This document shows positions 1-11,112 of a stretch of DNA of 64,000 nt, piece by piece. Position 1 is the first letter of the stretch; each line of letters begins with the position of its first letter. The DNA is taken from positions 13,031,921-13,095,920 of the forward strand of contig CM082581.2 of assembly GCA_040954595.2 (NCBI GenBank), written 5' to 3'. The notes under the pieces are model-generated. The model did not search any database and was not told where the DNA came from. It saw only the letters and a list, made by a program, of their open reading frames with translations. The stretch is from Balanoglossus misakiensis (lineage: Eukaryota > Animalia > Hemichordata). The translations under genes were made by a program, and so were the position numbers.

Positions 1-3000
1 CAATCAACATCTTCGTACAAGCAATCCATTTGCTTCAATAACCCCTTCAGCATCCTACGCTTCCGCGGCAGCTTACAAGTGTTTTTCTTATATCAAGCTC
101 CATTACAGCAGAATTACATGGACCAGGATATGGCTTCAGTAAAGCGACAATATCTGGCTTATGCATTAATTTTTTAGTCTTGACGTAATTTTCTTTTTAA
201 ATATTGACAGTAAACCCTGCTTAATTTTCCATCCAATTACGCATGCACAGTTACCATAACGAGAAAAGTGCAGCAGACTCTGTAAGCTTTGTCCGGCTTT
301 GGGTCATTATACTTTTTAAGTCGCCCTAAATAAATCCATCATGGGTAGTGGCATTCTCCTCCAGTTGTTCTCATGGTTACAACCAGTGTAAGATGAGAAA
401 CTACAGAGAAGAATGTTACACAAAGTATGTCAAGAAACACGACAATGTGGAACCTGGAGGGGAAAGGACCCATTGGTTGACATGCATGCGAAGAAAGGTT
501 ACATAAATACAGGGAGAAAGCCGCATTTTTCCACGAAGCATTAACAAAAAAGTCATGCATTTCTCCGTTCTGTTTGCAGTCAAACGAAATTCGAGACTGA
601 TTAAAGGATATTTTATCTGTCGCCTGTGGTTAATTTGTTTGAAAATGCGTAATGTACACGCAACATGGATCCGCTCGACTATTATTAACGGATAAGCAGA
701 AACGCACGAAAGATAACCCAAGTCTACAGCAAAGATTGCAGAGAAGCTCATGCTAATTGTTCGACCAGAGGAAATGAAGTTGGCTTTACTGTTAAATTTT
801 TTGATTGTGAGTTCATTGTCAAACGCATAGTAACGAGTCTGAATGTTGCTGCTTTTGTTAGACGAATGTGACATTTAAATGGCATTAGTTGAGGTAATAT
901 CATTTCGTATGCGGTACTTGTTGTCGGAAAGGATATTGAACACTTTAAACGGAGATGCAGGCAAGATGGGATTGCCCGAAACAATCAACAATTTATCTGT
1001 TTGCGTCAGTCGGTTCTATACTGCCTTACGGTGACACAAAGTAAGAGTGTTTCTGCATAAATTACACTTTTCCATTGAAACTTCAATCCTGTGCACAATA
1101 AAATCCACAAAAACAGCCGGGCTAGACCACAGACATCCATTGTTTACGCTGTAATCATGATTTGATCGCTCTTACTCTTTCGGGTAAGGAGTTTGTTTGA
1201 AGTGTAACCCGCGTTGTTCAATATGTTAACATAAACGGACAATACCTGGTAACATATATAAATAATCCAAATCGATGCTACTCGTAAAAACAGTATCCTG
1301 CTATTTCCCACTATTTCTGGCTTTTAGACTACAAGATTGGGATTGCGTGGAATAGGAGGAAGGGGGAAGACTTGCGCGGTCATAGAAAGCCAATTATTTC
1401 CGATGCGAACATTCAGAATATTAGATTCGTCCTCAAAGGCACGATCACGCGCATTCGTCATGGGAACTACTCAACAAATGGAACACGCACACCGCCACAC
1501 AAATGATTTGATATCTTCGGGGCTGAAACCCTTTTGTCTGAATTACCTGCTTGGGTATGTCAATTCTTGCACAGTTCACAAATAATTGGAAAGAGCTATG
1601 GCAAGTCACCATGTCCTATATAGTCGGTTAAGAAATTTTACAAAGAAGAAGTTATCGTTGTAGTCCACAGCTAGCTACAAGTTTCCTCGACTATGTTCAC
1701 ATTCACTTGGATATAGTACATTGCAAGGGTAACATGCATTTTGCCGTCAGGTGTTTTCCACTTTTCCAATTCATTTCCGCATTTAAGCAAAGTTCACCCA
1801 TCGCTCCAAGTCACGATAACAACAAACATGTCAGAAAACCAACGACTGCCACAGGCTGAAATATTCTGAATTTTGAACTGAGCGCAGTAACACAAGACCT
1901 GCACCGGATAACAAGGTGTGTAGCTTCCAGGAATGCAGGTTAATTACGATTGAGATCTCCCAGTATCCATCGGTGCACAATCTATCTCACGAATATTTTA
2001 AGTTCTCCACAAGTCAATACAACCATCACGTCACGCCATCTAGATCATTTCGCGGATGTACTCTAGTCACAGTCAGATGGAATATGATATGTGATAAATT
2101 GACCATCTCGTTAAGGGGATACAGAGCAATATTACACCTTCCCTACAGGCAACATCTGAGAGACCGAGCAATGATCAATAGACCTTACCGTGGGTGATTT
2201 TGCGATGTAAACAAGCTCACAAAATCCTCTTCCACTCTCGCGCTAAGTAATTAAAATGTCGGCGACATTTCAGTAACAGAATCTATTGATGTGATCCAAG
2301 CCATCCACGGCTAGCACATTCTCTGGACTAGCTTTTTCATCAGAACCATTTAGTCAAAATGGAATGAGCACTTTAACGAATGTTGTCGCATGCAACATCG
2401 TCCTTTACTTGAACTAGTAATGTTGTTTCACTGTTCATAAGACTGCCATTGCACTGAACCTGCTATACCACTGCGTCTGTGAGTGAATGTGTTTGTCTTT
2501 AATAAGTTTGTCCACTGTCGGCACTTGCCAGAATGTAAAATGCTACCAAAGTTAGAACGCGCAGCGGAATATAACGCTACTCACATCCACCTCTCTCCAT
2601 GACCTTTATTTCCTACGCCACTCTCGCATACAGCGCATCGCCATTACTTTTAATGTCATAATTGGGCTTGTAAACCACGTTCCTTGTGACGAGACTGACG
2701 AATACTTACCATAACGTAACGTAACGCAAATGTCTCAAATGACACTATACGGCAGCCCAACATTTTCGCCAGTAATTGTACCCACACACCAGAGCAATAT
2801 TTACAATCCGACACAAGACCAAGAAGTTCTGGTTATATCACGCGCACGCATGCAACTGCTTCGTAATAGGCTCGTTGTCCTGGTGACTTCGCAATAGACA
2901 CAAGAACGTTAACAGTCTTCAAAGGCAGCGCGAGTTACAATTTATCAATCATAAAGAGACACCTACCTGTATAGCTGGACCACAGATGAATAGAAATAAT

Positions 3001-3471
3001 GGTCACAATTAAACACTTACATGTAATAGAGCTATAAACTTACCGGAAATTAGACAATTTTCTTCACTTTATGCCTAGTATTACTTTTCGATGACCTGTC
3101 ACCTTCCATTGTTCGGGCAATCATTAATGGTTGATCTCATTTGTCGCAAACGTCGAATCTTCCGTATTCAGTACATTATGCTCCTCAAAAACACGCCAAC
3201 GCAGTCCCCTAATTCCAAAATGAAAATTGCAATTTATTGCACATCAAGCAGTACATCTTCTCGGAATAAATGAATCATTTTCTATCTATATATGATTCTG
3301 TCTGTCTCTCTCTTCCTGTCAGAGGTTCAGAGTTGGGAAATATATAGGTTAAAAGATTACTACTGCCAAGAAACCGAGTTGTGAACTACTGTTGACAGTT
3401 TCACAGCATTTAGAGGCGACGTCAAGCAATTCAACTTCTGATAATTCTTTAAGTTTCCCCCCAAACCTACC

Positions 3472-3879
3472 TCTCTAATCTTCATTGACCTAAAGTGATG
3501 ACTGATCCTACTGCACGACTCTGTTTCAAATAAAGCACGCAAGGGCCTGCAAGAATAAAAATCATCAAAGACCATCAAATCATCATCATCATCATCATCA
3601 ATGCAATCATGGCGTTGTTTTGAATACAAATGATGAAGAATTGCATAATTACTTTCCAAAATCTTTATAAGAGATTGGGGTAGCCACTTTCCTTACCAGA
3701 GAAAAAATACTTCTTGAGTCCTATCTAGTCATCATCATGGGCAGCAATACTTTATTTAATTCTCGTTAATTTCTCTAATCTTCATTGACCTAAAGTGGTG
3801 ACTGATCCTACCGCAAGGCTCTCTCTGTCTCAAATAAAGCACGCAAGGGTCTGCAAGGAGAATAAAAATAAGACCATCG

Positions 3880-3914
<35 letters not shown>

Positions 3915-3966
3915 ATGCAATCATGTTGTTTGAATACAAATGATGAAGAATTTCAGAATTATTTTC
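3472..3966. repeat. Imperfect direct duplication (~190-bp units, 300 bp apart), each with a (TCA)n tract
   Basis: 3472-3655 and 3772-3966 share TCTCTAATCTTCATTGACCTAAAGTG...CAAATAAAGCACGCAAGGG...(TCA)n ATGCAATCATG...TGAATACAAATGATGAAGAATT. Confidence 0.9.
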
Positions 3967-6900
3967 TAGTTCTATTACCCATCTGACAAATTTCAAGTCT
4001 GAATACATTCACTTGTCAAAAAATATTTGCTGCAGTACGGCTCGAAATTAACGGCCAAATGCAGATTATCTTTGCTTGCCCCAATAAGTAAATCTACTAG
4101 CCCACAATATAAAATCATTGTTTTTCTAGTAGTTGTATATATATATGTGTAAAATCTCTAAATGTTGATGGTCTTGCACAGTTGGAGACACTGGTCTGTC
4201 GATGGCAGGCATCAAGTGCAAAATATATATTTAAATTTAATATTTTTTGCAGAAAACTGAACACTGAGGTCAAGTTTAACAAAGAATTTTGCCACTGTCA
4301 TGTCCTGGTTGATGGGCTGCAGCTGTTTGCTTAACTGTAGACTGTAATGCAAATACTGTAAATTAAGCTCTTCTATTATCAGTGGTTGCTTCCTGTTTAT
4401 GGTCTCTGGGGACACATGAGTGCATCTTTACCTAATTTGCATATTTGAATAGGGTGTTGGCCTTGCTCTAATTGCCTCAAATTATGAACTTTGAGTACAC
4501 TGAAAAAAAAAAAAAAAACAATTAAATTAATCAATAATCAGGTCAGACAATTTTCAATGTATGGAAGTTTATTTTGGAACCCCTAGCCAACTTTGAGGCC
4601 GGAATGAATTGATTACGTGGTGCCATTAATGATGCCCCATCCCAACTGGCTTTTTTTTCTCGTAAAAATACTAACCTGGTAAAACTCTTGCTTCTTGTAA
4701 TTCACGCCATTTACGAGCGGCAACGGGATCTCAGCAGGCGGTCGCTCGATCTCAGTGTCATTCCTGAAAAGCAGACCGAGGAAAGTTTTGATGTAAAGTA
4801 TTTATTTTATTGACGTACTGGTAAGGAACGCTAAGATTCTGTTGTATGTGATGTCCATACTGCGGTAATGAAGTTTCATCTGAAGGTTAAATAAGTCTGA
4901 AAATAATAAACAGCCAACTAAAGATGAATCGCTTATTAAAAACGAGTTTGCACCATGACAAGCGATGAACCTAACGTGGGGAGAAGTGCGAATTACAGTA
5001 CCAACAAGGGCGACCCGCGACCGAGATTTGACGGGTAACACGTGTCGTTGGTGTGTCCGGCGTGGCCACCTAATTTAGTTTTCTTTGGCACCCCCACAGA
5101 TTAATAAAAATAATTTCGAGCCCTGGGAGGTATTTTCTCACGTATCATGGAAACCAAACGTTCGCCATAAGTAGTTTCCTCCTTACCTAGTTGACTGGAA
5201 ACCTCGAATTTGATTTTCGTAGAAATGTCGTAGACTTTGTGCGTCCGCAGTTGGGCTCTGTAGATTTCACAACGCAGTCGTATGAAATTAGCATCCATCC
5301 GCATCTTTTCCGTCAGCAAGTCAATCGCGTGTGAGTAGTTTGGTTCGGTGTCGGTGAGCGGCAATCCGCAGACTTGTATTTTTCTTGATGAAAAAGGCGA
5401 TGCGATGATTGTGTTCGTCTACGAAATTGTTCACGGGGATGTCAGTTGAAGAGTCGGGTCAGTTGTGCGCGTTTACCACGAGGGGCAGTTGATCATATCA
5501 TCGCCACGAACGTCGGAGTGAACGCTGAAAAATTAAAATAAAATTGCAACAAGTTAAACTTTGGCGGGAACAACAAAGTCAACTCTGATTGGATAAGAGT
5601 TTTCATCTCTTGATCCGATGGTGTAAATCTACCACTTCTTCATATCAGAGATTCAGTTTATACATATCGTTTCGCCATCAGGTCTATACATATCTTATCC
5701 ATCATTATTTCAAGAAAATTATTTTTTTTGCCAATGTCTAAACCACGGACCTAACGGTATAAACCACCCAATAACAGTCTGAAATTGGGACCGATGACGC
5801 AAATGTTCCCCGGGCACGTTAAACTATTTCGTACGTAATTATTACCGCCCCAAATGGTACGAAAAAAGTACATATCCCCGATTTTGCGGCACGGGGATTG
5901 TAGAATGTTGCAGTGATGTGTAAAGTTCCCTTTGCCTGAGTTTCACGCTATCGAATTTCTTATAATGATGGGTGTTTTCGGAGAAGAGCTCGTGTAGTGA
6001 CGTCAAATGAAGTCGCGTAATGACGTTGTATGGCATGCTTATAAGGTGGTCTACAGTTGAGGGGGGAAGATGGCACCTGAACCGAAGAAAAGGGGGAGTC
6101 TTTATTAGCAGGCCTAGTTAGCTGTGTAATTGTGACGCTTCGGTGGATCAAAAATCACAACCTGTGAGCTCCAATTATGAAACGGTCCGTGAAAATACAT
6201 CATACCTTTCTCGTAAGATAGAGGTAGAAACTTGATGAAGTCTCCGATTCGCTAATATTCTATAAAATGTCAATAAGTATTATACTTATATTATCATAAA
6301 TTGTCGTCAGTCTCATTTAGTGGTAGCTCTGCGAAATTCAGTGCTGTAGATGGCCCATAGTCATAAAAAATAACCATTAGGCCTACTGACATTTTTTTTC
6401 AGATTTCGTCTTGAAATCGTACTGAGTTTGCCCATATTGTAGAACCTTCTGTTTGCTTTGGTTCATATGTACTAGGCCTAGCCACCCCCCCCCCCCCTAT
6501 ACTTATGTTCTAGGCATGTTGGATAATTGGATTCTTGAAAAAGCGTGCATGAATTTGGCTTCACCACAATTTGTAAACCATGGATTGAAATTGCAAGGAT
6601 TCCGTGGTGTGTGATTGCTCCTGTTTATTTCATTTGCTTGCGGTGTTCTTAGCCGCCTGACAAGTGCAGAATTAATGAATCTTCAAGGACTTGGAAATGA
6701 CAATATGGTGGTCATGAAGTGTTGCCAGGTGTCACGTTTGTGTAGTCATACGACTGGAATAGCCTTATACTATATAAAGGTGGTTAGGTGGTTTCTGTTT
6801 GCGTTGTTGTTGTGTTTTGTTTTGTTTATGTATTTTAAACCACAAAATGCACCACCTGACAATCATTAACAAACGCTAATATTACGGTGGCGCTCTTTTT

Positions 6901-7478
6901 CTCGCGTGTGCCACCTACTGAAAATCTGTGATTGGCCAGATATCAATTTGCCATGGTAACTTAGCTAAATTTCCATTGGTGAACGTGTAAGTAATTAATT
7001 TTTAACTGTCTGATTTTGTGTTTCAGATCCACAATGCTAGGGTAACATACACCTGACCTGTGGGATAAATTGGAACCTGAGTTGTGATATCTGATGACGG
7101 TTCTCGGATTCTCGGCGATACTGAATCATTCAAGATCACCCAACAACCACACGGAAACACATCTGAATTCGATTTTTTTGCCCCTGTTGCCCGCCTTGTG
7201 AAATATCTTGAACATCACGTGCTTTTGAATGTTACGTATAGTGTGCGGTTTAGAAACTCGTTGATTCTCTTCGCCACTAATGATCTGATTTTCTCCGAAG
7301 ACAGCAGACAAACCCCGGACATGTGCTGAATGATGCTAATTTAGGACGACTGCTGAAGTCACGTGATTTCAGCTATAAATTGATCAAACGCCCTTCTGAC
7401 TCTATAAACCACTTTGAAGTTCAGAAGGTACATCTCCAAACTAGGGGTTGCAGGTGCCATGACAACCGCGCGTTGGTG

Positions 7479-10400
7479 ATGTCTCCCCGCCGTCGTTTGC
7501 CACGGGAACGAGTCGGAATGGACTTCGCTGTGGGTGATTTTCTGGGAAATGTGATGTCAGTGCGGTACAGTGTCTATCTCATCTCGTGTTTGATCATTTT
7601 CTCGTGTCTGCCTCTGTCCGCGAACCACGTCCCCCATTTGACTGGGCTAAAATATGCCAAAGATGGTGACATCATTCTGGGCGGATTACTGAACTTGCAC
7701 ATCTTTGACGCTAACAGAGAGTGCGTCAAGTTGGACTCCATATCGGTTCTCCATCGAATAGAAGCGATGGTCTTCACCATCGAGCAAATCAACTCCAGAG
7801 ACGACATTCTGCCGAACATCCGCATCGGCTACGAAATCTACGACAGTTGCGTGTCTGAAGACGTGACTCTGGCGGCCACCCTGACACTTCTGCGGAACGA
7901 GACGGGCTGCAGCGGCACCCCCGAACGCCACAAACTCAAAGGCATCGTCGGTCCGCGGCGAAGTGCCGTCAGCGCCGCTGTCAGTCGCGTCTTCGGTCTC
8001 CACCACATGCCTCAGATAACGTACATGGCAACCAGCGATGAGCTGTCGGACAAAAACGCCTTCCCCTACTACCTTCGCGCCGTACCTCCGGATCGTTTGC
8101 AAGTCAGTACCATGATAGACTTGGTGCGCTATTTCGGTTGGACGTACGTGTCCATGATCAACTCCGACGAGTCCTACGGCAGGAACGGTGCCAAGGAACT
8201 GAAGAGGCAGGCGGCTATTTACGACATTTGCATCGCCTCATCACAAGAAGTGTCTCGCTTTTCGAGCGAACGGCAGATGGACGGCATGGTGACAACGCTG
8301 CTGCAATATCCCAAGGCTAGAGTTGTGATCATGTTCTCGGTCACCTACATGGCCAATCGCGTCCTGGACGCCGTGAAGAGAGCAAACGCCACGGACAAGT
8401 TCATCTGGATCGCCAGCGATGGCTGGGGCTACAACCTGGCAGCGCACGACAATGAAAAGGTCGCCCTGGGCGGCTTCTTTGTGGAACTGTACAACATGAA
8501 GTCGGCTGAATACGAACAGTACTTCGAAACACTGACTCCCGAAAACACCGCTGAAAACCCATGGTTCATGGAGTACTGGAATCAATACTTGAACTGCGAT
8601 GATTCCGATCGGGAAAGATGCGAAGACCAGTACGTCGACGGTTTCAGTGCTACGATGGGCATCTCCGCCGTGATTGATGCCGTCTATGTATACGGCTACG
8701 CCTTGGAGGAACTGAGACAGCAGGTTTGCGGTCTGTACGGTGGTGACTGCGACGCATTCTACGAGGCGGATGGGGAAAGCCTGCTGCCGCTTCTTCGTAA
8801 CTCCAGTTTCAACGGCACCCGAGGACTGGTCCAGTTCGACGAAAACGGCGATTTGATGGGGAAGTACGTGGTGAAGAATCTGCAATACAAGAACGGGAAG
8901 TACCAGAAAGTCACCGTTGGCATCTGGGATGCGCTGGCCGAGAACAAGCTTGAGATGTTCGAGGATTTGGTTGTATGGACCGTTCCTGAAAACGCCGACG
9001 AGGTGCCCCGGTCGGTCTGTAGCGATCCCTGCCTGCCGGGTCACATCATGATCTTACACGGCGACGGGTGTTGCTGGGAGTGCTTTCAGTGCAGAGACAA
9101 CGAGATTCCCATCGTGAACAACAGCCGATGCCAGGCGTGCGAACCTCTCTATTGGCCAAACGATGACTTCACCGCCTGCGACCCGATTCCACCGACCTAC
9201 ATCGACTGGGACGACCCCATCGCGGTGACGGTGTTGACGGTCACCGTCGTCGGGCTTACCGCGGCCGTAGTGGCGCTCTGCGGCTACATCCAGCATCGCA
9301 ACAAACCCCTCATCAAGGCTTCGAGCCGCGAGCTGAGCTTCATCATGCTGTTCGGGGTGACATTCTCCTACATCATGGTCTTCGTGTTCGTTGCCAAGCC
9401 CACCCTGGCCACGTGCGTCATGGTCAGACTCGGGCTGATGCTCTGTTTCACCATGACGTACGCACCCATGCTGACAAAAGTGATACGGATCTACCGAATC
9501 TTCACGGCGGGGAAAAAATCTACGAAACGGCCAAGCATGACCGGACCGACGTCTCAGGTTGTTATAACAGCATTTATTCTGTCAATTCAGGTACGTGTAA
9601 TATTCGGCATACACTGGTTTAGGTGGGCTTCTTTCGCGCAAAGTGTCTAGTTCCGTCTAAGACGGCGCTCCGTGAAGATTACTTCAACAACCGATATTTG
9701 TTGTAGAGAAAATACAAAGTTAAGGGTCTTTAATGACTCGTTTTTGACTTGCCCAAAACATCACGCACATACATCTCAATGAAATTTTAAGATTTGTAAT
9801 AACATAGGCCTATAGCACTTCGCCCACTATTCAGACAATGCCTTCTGTTCAATAGCCATCTGGCCATGGAAAATTAACGACACGCGAATCGATTCCTATG
9901 TGCCGATTACATTTCCAGATTTTGAGCAAAAAAAGTAGAATGTTTACATCTGTTTCATTTCACGAGCTAATAGCATGTACATATGCTTGACAGAACTTCG
10001 CCTAAAGATCGCTCGAATTCCATGGAAGCTCGTAAAAGAGTAGATAGAGTAAAAGCTCTCGAAGAAAGGTCAACGTACTTTACATTAAACCACGGTCACT
10101 CCACCGTGATTAAACTTCGTGAAGTGAAAGGATGAAAGTTCTGACGAGTGAAAAGTTCAATTTGATTCTTTCAGGTCCAGATAATGTTACTGGGATTGTT
10201 TCATCCCAAAGTAGGAGAAACTCTTTATAACGCCGGAGTATTGCAAGACTGCCTGGGATTGGAGAGTGTTTTGGCCTTGGTCGAATTAATAACGGAGAAT
10301 TTGTCCATCAAATTATAAGATTACGGGTATTACACACAATTAGAAGTATAAGTGGGGCTTCACTATCATTACTGATATTTCGTCTTTGGTTGTTCGTGAC

Positions 10401-11112
10401 AATTTATTGTCATTACGCATAGACGAATGGGAGAAAATCAATCACAATGATTATCATCCCTCGAAACGACTACTTTACACTGTAGGTCTAATTGGGCGAT
10501 AATAACACTATAATTGCATAGCGTGCATGATTTATTGCAAGAGGGAATAACAGGTGTACCGCGTGTTTTGTGGCGAAGAAAACACGCCGATTCATATTTT
10601 TTCTTAATTTTGTTTTGTAGGTACTGATAAGCGGTGTCTTTGCCTTGGTTAGCCACCCAGCCGCCATCTTGGCCGAGTCACCGACCAGGGAGAAAAGAGT
10701 GGAGTTGAGCTGCAATATCAAGGCCTCGGAGGTGATCACTTCCGTCACGTACAACTTGTTGCTCATCGTTCTCTGCTGCTGGTTCGCCTTCAAAACCCGC
10801 AAAGTGCCTGACAACTACAACGAATCGCGCTTCATCACACTGAGCGTGTACACCACCCTGGTGATCTGGCTGGCGTTCATTCCGGCCTACATCACCGTCA
10901 ACAGTTCGTCGTACAAGGTCGCTATCATTTCCTTTGCCACCCTGCTGAATTCGTCCGTCACCCTGGTGTGTCTGTACGTGCCTAAGCTCTACGCAGTGCA
11001 CTACGTGAAGGAAGAGGACACCCGGGCAGGGACGACGGTTAACGCGTACGTGGCCGGAAACAGGGTATCACCTTTGCCCCACCTGTCCACAGTAGAATCC
11101 TCGCGTTCCTAG
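7479..11112 (+). CDS. Metabotropic glutamate receptor-like class C GPCR (signal peptide, Venus flytrap, cysteine-rich domain, 7TM); 2 coding exons 7479(or 7518/7554)-9590 and 10621-11112, ~867 aa
   Basis: Class C motifs: DGDIILGGLL, HRIEAMVFTIEQIN, PQITYMATSDELSDK, RAVPPD, WIASDGW, NPWFMEYW, PRSVCSDPC..CCWECFQC, PLIKASSRELS, KTRKVPDNYNESRFITLSVYTTLVIWLAFIP, YVPKLY. Donor CAG|GTACGT at 9590 and acceptor ttgtag| at 10620 join in phase 0. The ORF-track start (7323) is a GTG; first in-frame ATG is 7479, best Kozak context is 7518. Upstream acceptor at 7026 implies a spliced 5'UTR. No specific GRM ortholog can be assigned. Confidence 0.95.

Noticed and set aside
3360-4008. ORFs with poly-D, poly-S and poly-M runs
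   Set aside because: Translations of the (TCA)n microsatellites.
4033-6160. Possible degraded DNA-transposon termini (near 4033, 5060, 6040)
   Set aside because: No matching partner TIR or TSD could be identified by eye.
7574-11001. Long antisense and alternate-frame ORFs over the receptor (e.g. 8241-9044, 267 aa)
   Set aside because: Expected shadow ORFs of a GC3-rich coding exon; no recognisable motifs.
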